The notes below the pieces were generated by a model, which saw nothing but the letters and a program-made list of their open reading frames with translations, was not told the origin of the DNA and searched no databases. A program made the translations under genes and the position numbers. A DNA stretch of 64,000 nucleotides from Trueperaceae bacterium. GTDB lineage: Bacteria; Deinococcota; Deinococci; Deinococcales; Trueperaceae. Shown here in pieces: positions 1-10,108 of this stretch; within the stretch, counting starts at the first letter, position 1, and the number at the start of each line of letters is the position of its first letter. The stretch spans positions 2,944,001 to 3,008,000 of the forward strand of contig OZ243956.1 of NCBI GenBank assembly GCA_965214405.1, given 5' to 3'.

Positions 1-2
1 GC

Positions 3-794
3 GGCGGTGCCAATGAGGAGGGCGCGCAGTTCCGGCCTTTGGGCGGGTACGGCGGGCTGTTGCGCTTTTTCACCCGCTCCATCACGCCCGAGGTGACGCT
101 GCTCCTCAATACCGTTGTCCGGGAGGTGCGCTGGGGTGAGGGAGAAGTAGAAGTAGCCTGTGAGCGTTTCGGCCGAGAAGAAACTTTCCGGGCGCGCCGC
201 GTTATCGTCACGCTGCCCCTGAGCCTGCTCAAACAAGGTGCGCCGGGCGCGGTGCGCTTCTCCCCGGCCTTACAAAAAGAGGAGGCGTTGGCGGGGCTCG
301 AGCTAGGCCCCGTAGTCAAGGTGCTGCTCAAGTTTGGAGAGCCGTTTTGGGAGGATACGGAGGACGGGCGCTACTTCAGCGCCGCTTACTTCCACGCACC
401 CGACGCGCCTTTCCCAACCTTCTGGACCTCCCTGCCCCTGCGCGCGCCTGTACTGACTGCGTGGGCGGGCGGACCCAAGGCGGCGCGCTTAGGGGCGTGT
501 TCGGAAGAGGAGATAATTGAGCGGGCGCTCTCGAGCCTTGAGACACTTTTCCCCAGAGTGCCCCGCCCCGAGGGGGTACGCGTTTACGACTGGCAGCGCG
601 ACCCGTTTTCAAAGGGCGCGTACAGCTTCGTCACCGTGGGCGGCGTGGGCGCGCGTGAGAAGTTGGGAGCGCCGCTCAAAAACACCCTCTTTTTTGCGGG
701 AGAAGCGACGGACACAGACGGCAAAGCGGGCACGGTTTACGGCGCACTTCAAAGCGGGGTGCGGGCGGCTCGAGAGGTGCTGGACGCGCTCTAA
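3..794 (+). CDS. Flavin monoamine oxidase family protein (5' end outside window)
   Basis: Frame open from window start; VIVTLP, W..DPFSKGAYS and LFFAGEAT..GTVYGALQSG.RAA motifs of amino oxidases. Confidence 0.85.
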   Translation, partial: GGANEEGAQFRPLGGYGGLLRFFTRSITPEVTLLLNTVVREVRWGEGEVEVACERFGREETFRARRVIVTLPLSLLKQGAPGAVRFSPALQKEEALAGLELGPVVKVLLKFGEPFWEDTEDGRYFSAAYFHAPDAPFPTFWTSLPLRAPVLTAWAGGPKAARLGACSEEEIIERALSSLETLFPRVPRPEGVRVYDWQRDPFSKGAYSFVTVGGVGAREKLGAPLKNTLFFAGEATDTDGKAGTVYGALQSGVRAAREVLDAL

Positions 795-920
795 CTAAAA
801 ATCCCCACATCCTACAGAAAGCGGCCTCGGTGGGGTGCTACGTTCGGGATGTAAGGGAGATATCACGTAGATTTTGTAACCTCAACCCGCCGTTGAGCTA
901 GATGAAAGAAAGGGAAGAGC

Positions 921-1154
921 ATGAGTGATGATGCAGAGCGAGACGAATCAGAAACGCCCTTAGAAAGGGACGAGGACGACCACGAACTCACTTTTGAGCA
1001 CGGTTTTGGTGCGAATGAGGCGCTTCATGAGGATGATGACAGATCACTCGCCGAAATCGCCGGGGTGAGCGAGGAGGAGGTGCGGGAGGATTTGCTCGAG
1101 TCGAACGCGGAGGATGAAGGAGGCGCGGCAGACAAGCGGGCGACCGAGCACTAA
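921..1154 (+). CDS. Small acidic hypothetical protein
   Basis: 77-aa D/E-rich ORF with purine-rich RBS (AAGGGAAG). Confidence 0.55.
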   Translation: MSDDAERDESETPLERDEDDHELTFEHGFGANEALHEDDDRSLAEIAGVSEEEVREDLLESNAEDEGGAADKRATEH

Positions 1155-1203
1155 GAGGCTTGAACCTTCTCAAACTAAACCCACGACGCCTCACCAACTA
1201 AAA

Positions 1204-1227
1204 AGGGAGCGTTTTGGAACGCTCCCT
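1204..1227. terminator. Hairpin terminator between convergent genes
   Basis: AGGGAGCGTT-ttgg-AACGCTCCCT stem with an A-run on the left and pyrimidines on the right. Confidence 0.7.
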
Positions 1228-1251
1228 CTCTCTTTCGTGTGTTCGCTACCG

Positions 1252-2463
1252 CTACAGCCCCGGCACCAATTCGACCTTCATCCAACCCGGCTGCCGCTCG
1301 TCAAACGCCTTGAACGCGTCAATCGCGTCCGTCATCTCCTCGACTTTGGTGAGGATGCTCTCGGGGTCAAACTGTCCGCTCTGGACTAGGTCAACGAGCA
1401 TCGGAATGTACTTGCGGTGGTTGCAGTTGCCCATCTTGAGCGTGAGGTTTTTGTTCATCGCCTGACCGATGGGGAAGTTTTGCATAGTGGGCGGGTAAAC
1501 ACCGATAATCGAGAGCGTGCCCGCCTTGGCAACGGCTCTGACGGCCCACTCCAACGCCTGCGAAGGCGCGCTCCCCGGTACCCAATTGTCGCCGTTGGGA
1601 TTCTGCTCAGGCGCGACTTGCTGCACTTCTTTCTCGAACTGTTGCTCCTCTTGCTCGCTCGGCGCGGCGGGGCCGTGCGAAGCGTGCTCGGCGTCCACGC
1701 CGACGGCGTCAATCACCCGGTCCGGGCCGACGCCGCCCGTGAGGCGCCGCAAGGTTTCGACGGGGTCCTCTTCTTCAAAGTTGACGACCTCGGCCCCCTG
1801 GCGGCGGGCCATCTCGAGCCGCGACGCTATCCGGTCCACCGCGAACACGCGCCCCGCGCCCATGAGTTTGGCACTAGCAATGGCGAACTGCCCGACCGGG
1901 CCGCAACCGAAAACCGCCACCACGTCGCCCGGCTCGATCTCGGCCAAGTCCGCGCCAAAATAGCCCGTCGGGAAGATGTCCGAAATCAGAATCGCCTGGT
2001 CGTCGGTCACCTCGTCAGGCAGCTTGACTAGGTTCACGGCGGCAAAGGGAATGCGAGCCTTCTCCGCCTGCAGCCCGTCAAAAGGCCCCGTGTTCTTAGG
2101 GCCACCGTAAAACGCGGTGCCCGCCTGAGACCCCTGCGGGTTGGCATTGTCGCACTGTGCGTAATAGCCCGCGCGGCAGTACGAGCAGTAGCCGCAGCCG
2201 ATTGTCGAAGGGATAACCACCCGGTCGCCCACGCTGAGGTTGCGCACGTCGGTCCCTAGTTCCTCGACGACGCCCACGCCCTCATGACCGAGAATGGTTC
2301 CCTCTTCCATGCCGGTAAAGGTGCCGCGAATCATGTGCAAGTCGGTCCCGCAGATCGCGCTGGCGGTAAGCCGCACGATGGCGTCTGTAGGTTCTTAAAT
2401 CTGTGGGTCGGGCACGTCCTCGAGCCGAACATCCCCCACGCCGCGCCATACAACTGCTTTCAT
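1252..2463 (-). pseudogene. Zn-dependent alcohol/formaldehyde dehydrogenase with premature stop
   Basis: ATG at 2463 gives [42 protein letters not shown]; in-frame TAA at 2395-2397; GHE and CxxCxxC motifs downstream. Confidence 0.8.
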
Positions 2464-2758
2464 CTTTTCCCCTCCCGTTTCTGTTTTTCTCCTGTCTCTA
2501 CAAATCTTTATGAGGCAGCCACAAAAGCAGACAGAATCACCTTTGAGACTCCCTAACGGTTGTTGGTCGGGTTTGAGCTTGTATGTTTGCTGACAAACAG
2601 TCTTCGCTGCGGTGAGCTTGCCGAAGCAAGTGTCGCTACTTACGTTTTTTCCCGCGTTGATGTGTGTTTACTGCCTGCTTCCCCGTCAACCCGCTTAGAG
2701 CAGCATAGACGCGGGCGCGCGTACGGGACGACCTACCTGCTTACAGTTACATGAAAGC

Positions 2759-3466
2759 TTAGAGATTCCAGCCCCCCGCCACCTCGAGCACCGCCCCCGT
2801 CACATAAGCAGCCTCGGGTGAAAGGAGGTAAAGCGCCGCGGCAACGAGGTCTTCAAACCGTCCGGCGCGACCCATCGGCAGTTCATCAGGCACGTCCACG
2901 CTGTTCTCAACGATGCCGGGCGCGAGGACGTTGACGGTAATCCCGTGCGCCGCCTCGGTTTTCGCCAGCGCCTTGCTGTAGAGAACCACGCCCGTTTTGG
3001 CGGCGCTGTAGGCGACGATGCTCGGGCGCGCCTTGAGGAGTTCCGCGCCCGCGTACCCAAGATTGAGGATGCGCCCGCCGCCCGCCGCTCGCATGAAAGG
3101 CACCGCCGCCTGACTCGTATAAAAGGTGCTGTGGAGGTTCGAGGCGAACATCTCGAGCCAGTCCTCCACCCTATGCTCCTCCAACGTGACCCGGTGATAG
3201 TTGCCGACGTTGTTGATGAGCACATCCAGACCGCCAAGCTTTTCATGCGCCTCTCTCACCAACGTCTGCGCCTCAGCCGGTTTGGTCACGTCGGCCTGCA
3301 AAACGACACTTTTGACGCCGTAAGAGGCCGCGTCCGCAGCGACCGCTTCGGCTTCAGGCTGGCTCGAGCGGTAATGCACCGCCACGTCGTAACCCTCTTT
3401 GGCAAGCGCCAACACGAACGCTCTGCCGATGCCCTTGGCCGACCCTGTCACCAGCGCGGCGGGCAT
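2759..3466 (-). CDS. SDR family oxidoreductase (pteridine reductase/FabG-like)
   Basis: TGSAKGIG, NNVG and YSAAK motifs. Confidence 0.9.
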   Translation of the reverse strand: MPAALVTGSAKGIGRAFVLALAKEGYDVAVHYRSSQPEAEAVAADAASYGVKSVVLQADVTKPAEAQTLVREAHEKLGGLDVLINNVGNYHRVTLEEHRVEDWLEMFASNLHSTFYTSQAAVPFMRAAGGGRILNLGYAGAELLKARPSIVAYSAAKTGVVLYSKALAKTEAAHGITVNVLAPGIVENSVDVPDELPMGRAGRFEDLVAAALYLLSPEAAYVTGAVLEVAGGWNL

Positions 3467-3574
3467 TAGGGAAGTCTCCGGGTGAGCTTAACCGTCATGG
3501 CCCGCTACCTTACCACCCGTTGTAGGCTCGAGGGCGTAACGCTACAAGCCTGAAACCTTTATTGTGAGGTTGCT

Positions 3575-4369
3575 ATGACCCTCTTCGGCTGGCTCGTCGC
3601 CCTCGTTGTGCTGCTCTTCCTCTGGCGCACCTTTTTATGGTGGCCGCGCCCCCTCCCCGGCGTAACGCGGCCCCCGCCCCGCCTCATCGGTCACCGCGGC
3701 GTGCGGGTGGGGGAGCCCGAAAACAGCCTCGCCGCCTTTCGGAGGGCACTGGACGCGGGGCTCGACGGCATTGAGTTCGACGTGCAGCGTAGTCGGGACG
3801 GGGCGCTGGTGATTTTTCACGATTTTGAGTTGCGGGGGCGGGCGGTTGCGGCGCTTTCTAGGGCTGAGATTGAGAGTAACGATCCCAACATTCCTACGCT
3901 CGAGTCACTCTTCAACCTCGCTCACGACTATCCAGGCACGCTCCTCAATTTGGAAATCAAGGCGCGGGGCTGGCGGACGGGGGGGCTCGAGCGCACGGTG
4001 GTGCGTTCTGTCCGGAATTCAAAGTTAAAAGATAGGGTGCTGGTCTCGAGCTTTAGCCCCTTGTCGCTCGCCCGCGTGCGGCTGCGCGCGCCCGGACTTC
4101 GCACCGCGCTCCTTTTTGCGCCCGATTTGCCCCGTTTTTTGCGCTCGGGCTGGCTCGCGGGTTGGCTCCACGTGGACGCGCTCCATCCGCACTATTCGCA
4201 GGTTACCCGCGACCTTGTGACGCGCGCTCACGCTCGTCATCTGGCGGTCAACGTCTGGACGGTCAACGAGGCGGCGGAGGTGGCGCGTCTTTTAGCGTTA
4301 AGGGTAGACGGCGTCATGGCGGACGACCCCACGCGGCTTAAGAGGGCGGCGGAGCGGGATTTTTCATAA
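3575..4369 (+). CDS. Glycerophosphodiester phosphodiesterase
   Basis: IGHRG, PENSLAAF, EFDV, HD and WTVN motifs; N-terminal TM segment. Confidence 0.9.
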   Translation: MTLFGWLVALVVLLFLWRTFLWWPRPLPGVTRPPPRLIGHRGVRVGEPENSLAAFRRALDAGLDGIEFDVQRSRDGALVIFHDFELRGRAVAALSRAEIESNDPNIPTLESLFNLAHDYPGTLLNLEIKARGWRTGGLERTVVRSVRNSKLKDRVLVSSFSPLSLARVRLRAPGLRTALLFAPDLPRFLRSGWLAGWLHVDALHPHYSQVTRDLVTRAHARHLAVNVWTVNEAAEVARLLALRVDGVMADDPTRLKRAAERDFS

Positions 4370-4569
4370 GATAAGAGCGAAGTTTCTCATCGTCAGAGCG
4401 CTTCTTTATCTCTAAGGTAGAAGAATCGAGGCGACTTCACCCCAAAGGCTCGCTCTCGCCTCGAGGTGCAAGGGGTGAGGCTCGAGTCACTACGCGAAAT
4501 AAAACTTTTTACAACAGAACTTACGCAGCCTTTATCAACAAAATAAACAGAGGGGACGGAAGCGAGAGG

Positions 4570-4758
4570 ATGACCAAATTCAAGCTCATCAGTTCGGCGA
4601 CGGTGGACACCTTTGAAGAGCGGCTGGGCCGCTTTGTGGGCTCGCTCGGCGCGGACGACATCATCGTGGACATCAAGTTCTCGACCGCCGTGACGGGGGA
4701 GCGCGTCGAATACAGCGCGCTCGTCCATTACAAACAGACCGAAAGCTGGGGCGACTGA
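4570..4758 (+). CDS. Small hypothetical protein, translationally coupled to the response regulator
   Basis: 62-aa ORF with normal codon usage; TGATG overlap with next gene. Confidence 0.6.
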   Translation: MTKFKLISSATVDTFEERLGRFVGSLGADDIIVDIKFSTAVTGERVEYSALVHYKQTESWGD

Positions 4759-5930
4759 TGCCCCCAACAAGAGAAACCCAGGTGAAAGAAGTCCCGGTGA
4801 GAGAAACCCGTCACCCCAAAGGAGAGGCGCGCGCTAAACTGTCCCCAATGGCTTCGTCCGCCCTGTCCTCATCCACCCCTTCTTCCCCCACGCTCGTCCT
4901 CGCCGTCGACGACGACCCGACCAACCTCAAGCTCATCGAGATGAGTCTTACGGGCGCGGGCTATACGGTCTTGACTTTTGACCGCGCCAGGAGCGCCCTC
5001 GCCGAAATGCACGAGGGCCTGAGGCCCGACGTGATCGTCTCGGACGTGTCGATGCCGCTCATGGACGGGTTTAACTTTTACGGCAAGGTCCGCGAAATCC
5101 AAGAACTGCGCGCGGTGCCCTTTCTCTTTTTGACCGCGATGGGCGAACGCGAGTACATCCGCTACGGGATGTCGATTGGCGCGGACGACTACGTGACCAA
5201 GCCTTTTCAGCGCGACGAACTCGTGCAGGCGGTGAGCGTGCGCTTGCAGCGCGTGGCCGAACTCAGGCGACCGCTCGAGGGCGCGGTCAAGGTCGAGGGC
5301 TTCGGCAACCCTTTGGTCGAGCGCGACGGCGAACGGCTCAACTGGGACTCGCTCAAGGCCTTAGAGCTGCTTTACTACCTGCTCGAGAACCGCTCCGGCG
5401 TGAGCACCTTTGAAGTCGCCGAGGCCTTGTGGCCCGGCAAAACCGAAGCCAAGGCGAGCTCGTCGTTTCACACGACGCTCTATCGGCTCCGCAAGGTGAT
5501 GGGCGGCGAACTCATCGAGTCGGCCAACCGCCGCTACTACCTCCACAGCAAGTTCGACATCGACTACGACGTGGACCGTTACCGCGCGCTCTCGAAAGAA
5601 GCGCGCGAGACGGGGCGGCTCGAGTCCTACGCGGGGGCCATAAACCTTTACAAGGGTGATTACCTGGCGGGCTTCGATTCCGAATGGGTCGAGGCCATCC
5701 GTATGGGGCTACACAACGAACAGCTCACGCTGCTTTTGGGGGCCGCCGAGAGGTCCAAGGGCGCGGGCGAGCTCGAGTCGGCCACCCGCTACTACCAAAA
5801 GATGACCGAGCACGACCCCTATAGCGAGAGCGCCTGGGAGGGCTTAGCCAACCTCTGGGAATCGCGCGGCGACTTCTCTAAGGCGGCGGAAGCGAGAGAA
5901 CGCTTTGGCGCTTTTATGATGGACATGTAA
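4758..5930 (+). CDS. Response regulator with receiver, winged-helix and BTAD (SARP-like) domains
   Basis: LAVDDD, D(VSMP), GADDYVTKPF; EALWP..FHTTLYRLRK; LYKGDYL; start uncertain. Confidence 0.85.
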   Translation: MPPTRETQVKEVPVRETRHPKGEARAKLSPMASSALSSSTPSSPTLVLAVDDDPTNLKLIEMSLTGAGYTVLTFDRARSALAEMHEGLRPDVIVSDVSMPLMDGFNFYGKVREIQELRAVPFLFLTAMGEREYIRYGMSIGADDYVTKPFQRDELVQAVSVRLQRVAELRRPLEGAVKVEGFGNPLVERDGERLNWDSLKALELLYYLLENRSGVSTFEVAEALWPGKTEAKASSSFHTTLYRLRKVMGGELIESANRRYYLHSKFDIDYDVDRYRALSKEARETGRLESYAGAINLYKGDYLAGFDSEWVEAIRMGLHNEQLTLLLGAAERSKGAGELESATRYYQKMTEHDPYSESAWEGLANLWESRGDFSKAAEARERFGAFMMDM

Positions 5931-5995
5931 AAGACGGGCGTGTGGGTTCGGCGTAAAGCCTCGCAAAATCCCCCGGCCCCTTTTGGGGATAAGGT

Positions 5996-6751
5996 ATGAG
6001 GGTGGCACCCATCACCGCCGACCGTTTGGCCGAAGCCGAATACACCGCCGCAAGCGACCCGGCGTTCACGAAGAGAACGCGTTTCGGGCGTTTCGTGAAC
6101 ATCCCGCAGTTTCCCGGCAGACGCGACGCGCATCAACTTGTGGACGTGCGCTGTCAAGAGGACGAGGTGGAGGAGATGTTCGGGGAACTTTCCGGCCTCT
6201 ACGCTCCCACAGGTCTCCCGTTCCGCAAGCTCGCGGGTCACGACTCGGCGACGTTCGCGCACCTCGAACCCACGCTCAAAAGCAAAGGCTGGTCCCTCGA
6301 GCGCGTTTGGATGATGACGCACCAGAAACCGCCGGAACGGCCTCTCAATCCCGATGTCGAGGTGAAAGTTGTTGAACCTACCTCAGATGAGCTTAAACGC
6401 GTCTCGCCGCCCGAAGAGTTTAACGCCGAAAGACACGCCTATCACCTCTCGCAAGACCCGCGTTTGGGTGGGGAGGTGCTGGTGGCGTTCTTAGGGGGTC
6501 AGCCCGTCGGCTCGACAGGCTGGTTCGTCGTAGACGGGGTGGCGCGTTACCGCGGCGTCTACGTTCATCCGGCGGCGCGGGGGCAAAACGTCGCGTCAAC
6601 CATGATCCAGACCGTCCAAAATCATCCCACGGTGCGGGCGCAAGATGTGCTCACCCTCCACGTGGGTGAGGAGGGGCCGGTGCGACTTTATGAGGCGCTG
6701 GGTTTTGTTAAGCACAGCCCCTTTTGGGAGGCGCTGCGAAAGCTCGAGTGA
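5996..6751 (+). CDS. GNAT family acetyltransferase
   Basis: VYVHPAARGQNVA and LYEALGF motifs. Confidence 0.8.
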   Translation: MRVAPITADRLAEAEYTAASDPAFTKRTRFGRFVNIPQFPGRRDAHQLVDVRCQEDEVEEMFGELSGLYAPTGLPFRKLAGHDSATFAHLEPTLKSKGWSLERVWMMTHQKPPERPLNPDVEVKVVEPTSDELKRVSPPEEFNAERHAYHLSQDPRLGGEVLVAFLGGQPVGSTGWFVVDGVARYRGVYVHPAARGQNVASTMIQTVQNHPTVRAQDVLTLHVGEEGPVRLYEALGFVKHSPFWEALRKLE

Positions 6752-6796
6752 CACCCAGCTCACGGCGTGGCTGAGCCTTTCGGGTCACACTGGCGT

Positions 6797-7819
6797 ATGA
6801 GATTTCTTTTTCTTTTGGGATTGTTGGGGTTGGGCTCGAGTCTCAGCACGGCCCAAGACGCCCCCGACCTTACGCTTCCCGAAAGCTATACGGCGTCGGT
6901 GGTTGCGACGGGGCTGAGGCAGCCTACCCAAATGACCCTGGGACCCGACGGGCGGCTCTGGCTGAGTGAGCTCTCCGGCGGCGAAAACGCGGGAACCGGG
7001 CAAATCGTCGCGCTGGACCTGACGACGGGCGAGCGGGAGGTGCTGCTCAGTGAGCTCTTCAAGCCTACCGGTCTGGCCGTGCTGGACGACACGCTGTGGT
7101 TAGCCGCGGGCCGCGACCTGCTGCGCGCGCCGCTCGTTGGCGGGCGACCGGGCGCGCCTGAAAAGGTCCTCGAGAACCTCCCCTTCAACGGTCGCTCGAA
7201 CGGCGCGCTTACCCCCACGCCGGACGGCGCGCTTCTGTTCGAGACGAGCGGCAGCCGTCAGGGAAACGGGGCGGCGGCGGGTTCGGGGACGTTGTGGCGG
7301 CTCGAGCCCACTAAAATCACAGAAAACCCCGCCCTGCAGCCCCTCGCCACCGGGCTCAAAGGCGCGTACGCCCACACCTACGACGCGGGCGGCATCCTTT
7401 ACACCACCGAAATCGGCGACGACCCGGTCAACGGCCAGGCCCCACCCGACGAACTCAACCGTGTCGTCCCGGGCGGCGACTACGGTTGGCCGCAGTGCTA
7501 CGGCGACCGGCAGCCCGCCCAAAACTACGGCGGCACCCCCGAGACGTGCGCCGAAACGCAGGCCCCGCTGGCGCTCTTCGCCCCGCAGTCCACCCCGACG
7601 AGCGTCGTGGCTTCACCCTTTGAAAAGGACGCGCTGCTCGTCGCGCTCTGGGGTCCTGCCACGCCCGGTGTGGTGAGCGTAGATACCCGGACGGGAGCGG
7701 TCACGCCTTTCCTCTCGGGTTTGAGAGCGCCGCAGAGTTTGCTGACCCTGCCCGACGGCAGCCTGCTCGTGAGCGACTTTAGCTCAGGCGTGCTCTACAG
7801 AGTCACCGGACCCTCTTAA
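6797..7819 (+). CDS. PQQ-dependent sugar/sorbosone dehydrogenase-like beta-propeller, secreted
   Basis: Signal peptide MRFLFLLGLL; PPDELN..GGDYGWP motif. Confidence 0.8.
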   Translation: MRFLFLLGLLGLGSSLSTAQDAPDLTLPESYTASVVATGLRQPTQMTLGPDGRLWLSELSGGENAGTGQIVALDLTTGEREVLLSELFKPTGLAVLDDTLWLAAGRDLLRAPLVGGRPGAPEKVLENLPFNGRSNGALTPTPDGALLFETSGSRQGNGAAAGSGTLWRLEPTKITENPALQPLATGLKGAYAHTYDAGGILYTTEIGDDPVNGQAPPDELNRVVPGGDYGWPQCYGDRQPAQNYGGTPETCAETQAPLALFAPQSTPTSVVASPFEKDALLVALWGPATPGVVSVDTRTGAVTPFLSGLRAPQSLLTLPDGSLLVSDFSSGVLYRVTGPS

Positions 7820-7825
7820 CCTTTC

Positions 7826-8869
7826 TTAACCTTTTCTCGTCGTCAGGAGGCCGACGCGCTCTCTCACCGCCTCCATTGTGGCCCCGGCCCTCATACGCGC
7901 CCGCGCCGCCCCCTCGCGCAGCACGTCCGTCACCTCGTCAGGCCGCGCCGCCAGTTCCCGCCGCCGCGCCCTCGCCTCCTCAAAGGTGCGGTGAATCATC
8001 CCGACGAGTTCGCGCTTCGCGTCCGCGTAGCCGTAGCCGCCTGCGCGGTAGGCCGCCGCGAGGCTTTCGCGTTTCTCATCTGTTGCGATGAGCTTGATAA
8101 GCGCGAACACATTGTCCTGCTCTGGGTCCTTGGGCGCGGCCAGCGGGGCCGAGTCGGTAGGAATGCTCATCACCTTGCGCTTTAGCGTCTCGCCCTCGTC
8201 AAATATGTTGAGGGTGTTGCCGTAACTTTTAGACATCTTGCGTCCGTCTAAGCCCGGCACCACCGCCACCTCGTCCAACACGAGCGCCTGCGGCTCGGGG
8301 AACAGGGGCGCGTCTGGGGGGCAAAAGGTGCGGTTAAAGGCTCGAGCCAGCTCCCGACTCACCTCCACGTGCTGCCGCTGGTCCTGACCCACGGGCACGA
8401 GCACCCCACGTTGAGACTCGCTGTACATCAAAATATCGGCGGCCTGCAACACCGGATAAGTCAGCAGCCCCGCGTTGGGCGTATTGGAGCGGGCCAGTGC
8501 GTCCTTGTAAGAAACGCCGCGCTCTAAAGTCGGCACCGTCAGCAGCGTGTTAAAAATCCAGGCGAGCTCGGTCACCTCGGGCACGTCGCTCTGCAAAAAG
8601 AGCGCCGCCTCGTCGAGACCGAGCGCGAGGTAGTCCAGCGCGATGTCGAGGCTGTAACACCTAAGCGCGTCGCGGTCGTGAATGGTTGTCAGTGCGTGGT
8701 AGGTGGCGATGAAGAAGTAGGTGTTTGCGTGTTGCAGTCTGAGCTGCTGCCTCACCGCCCCAAAGTAGTTGCCCAGGTGCAAAATGCCGGTCGGTTTCAC
8801 GCCTGAGACGATGGTGGCTTGGGCGGCGGGCGTTGGTGAGGATGCCTGGGTGGAGGGAACGGGTATCAT
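7826..8869 (-). CDS. trpS: Tryptophan--tRNA ligase
   Basis: HLGN and KMSKS motifs, YPVLQAADIL, VPVGQDQ; start approximate. Confidence 0.95.
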   Translation of the reverse strand: MIPVPSTQASSPTPAAQATIVSGVKPTGILHLGNYFGAVRQQLRLQHANTYFFIATYHALTTIHDRDALRCYSLDIALDYLALGLDEAALFLQSDVPEVTELAWIFNTLLTVPTLERGVSYKDALARSNTPNAGLLTYPVLQAADILMYSESQRGVLVPVGQDQRQHVEVSRELARAFNRTFCPPDAPLFPEPQALVLDEVAVVPGLDGRKMSKSYGNTLNIFDEGETLKRKVMSIPTDSAPLAAPKDPEQDNVFALIKLIATDEKRESLAAAYRAGGYGYADAKRELVGMIHRTFEEARARRRELAARPDEVTDVLREGAARARMRAGATMEAVRERVGLLTTRKG

Positions 8870-8900
8870 GGGTGTCTCCGGTATTTGAATCAAAGAACAA

Positions 8901-8929
8901 AGAAAAACGCGCCAGTCGAGGCTGGCGCG
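8901..8929 (-). terminator. Attenuator terminator upstream of trpS
   Basis: CGCGCCAG-N6-CTGGCGCG followed by TTTTTCT on the minus strand. Confidence 0.8.
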
Positions 8930-8956
8930 GGCGCGGTTTTAGAGAGTTATCTACAG

Positions 8957-9031
8957 CTAGCCACGACGCCATCGCCCACGGCTCCACCAGAGGGTGGTCC
9001 AGAAGGGGACGGGGTGGCGTTGACCGGTCAT
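8957..9031 (-). CDS. Trp-rich leader peptide of trpS attenuator (24 aa)
   Basis: MTGQRHPVPFWTTLWWSRGRWRRG* with 4 Trp including WW; not in ORF track. Confidence 0.8.
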   Translation of the reverse strand: MTGQRHPVPFWTTLWWSRGRWRRG

Positions 9032-9038
9032 GAAAGAG

Positions 9039-9067
9039 AGTTTACAGGGGGAGGAGCGCGGCGTCAA
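9039..9067 (-). promoter_or_regulatory. Sigma70-type promoter for a leaderless leader-peptide/trpS transcript
   Basis: TTGACG-N17-TAAACT, 7 nt before the leader ATG. Confidence 0.75.
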
Positions 9068-9250
9068 ATATGTAGCCGGACCCTAACGCGTGAGTCGTAC
9101 CCGCTCAAACCAAATTATTTTCTGCCTCCAGGTGGATTCTTTGGGCCACGGGTCGAGGGATTGTAAGCGGGGGATGTTGGAGGGTCGGGCGAGGCTGACA
9201 AGTGGATTCATAAGCGTAAGATTCTGTGAGACTTAAAGCACCTCATTGAG

Positions 9251-10099
9251 TCACTCACGTAAAAAATTCGCAACTTTCTCTTTTACCGCAGCACTACCCT
9301 CGCCTAACCAAATAAGATGTCCCCACGTTTGCGCTTCGAACAATTCAGAATCCTCAATATATTTTTGGGCATGAAGCGGATGTTCAAAGCTTACCGAATT
9401 GTCATTTCTGCTATGGACAATCAACGTGGGTACAGTGATTTTCTCTAAAACCTCGGTTGGTACATTTTGGTCGATGTCAAGCATAAAACCTTGACCTGAT
9501 GACAGGTGCATAAGCATAGTTTTGAAAGCGGCTTTATCCTTATCAGTCAAAGATGACGAAACATCCTTTGTAGCCAGCTTCGTAAAGGATGGAATCATCT
9601 GTTTGTAGATTAGTCTCGGGGTCAACTGCACAAAGGTTCTCAGCGTTCCCCACGTCACATTTTGCACTCGAGGATGAAACATCCGCCTGGCTGTTTTGTA
9701 AAGAGCGTCATTTGGCTTTAACCATTGCGTCGTTACAGAAGACTCGAGCACCAACTTGTCTACACGCTCGGGATAATTGGCCGCCAGATAAAGCCCTGTT
9801 GGTCCCCCCGCAGAAATAGCCACAACAGAAACTTTGTCAAGTGAGCGTTCGTCTAAGAGTGCAACCAACGCCTCCGCCGCTTCGGACGCTGACGCGCCAA
9901 CACTGGCAGGTGTTCTTCCGTAGCCCGGACGTGAAGGCACCAAAGCCGACATACCAGCGGCGAGTATCTCTTCAGTTCCAAAGCTTTCAAAACAGTTGGA
10001 GTGTCCGCCATGCAGTAGTAGGCATGTTCTGCCTTCACCTTTAACAACATACTCAATCTGACCTTTCAAGGTTTGTGCAATATGGCTGTTTTGATTCAT
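9251..10099 (-). CDS. Alpha/beta hydrolase
   Basis: LLHGG, RPGYG, AISAGG nucleophile elbow, terminal GH; visibly lower GC than flanks. Confidence 0.85.
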   Translation of the reverse strand: MNQNSHIAQTLKGQIEYVVKGEGRTCLLLHGGHSNCFESFGTEEILAAGMSALVPSRPGYGRTPASVGASASEAAEALVALLDERSLDKVSVVAISAGGPTGLYLAANYPERVDKLVLESSVTTQWLKPNDALYKTARRMFHPRVQNVTWGTLRTFVQLTPRLIYKQMIPSFTKLATKDVSSSLTDKDKAAFKTMLMHLSSGQGFMLDIDQNVPTEVLEKITVPTLIVHSRNDNSVSFEHPLHAQKYIEDSELFEAQTWGHLIWLGEGSAAVKEKVANFLRE

Positions 10100-10108
10100 T
10101 TATCCCTT

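Noticed and set aside
8901..9060. T-box riboswitch for trpS
   Set aside because: No T-box consensus seen; a Trp-rich leader ORF explains the region
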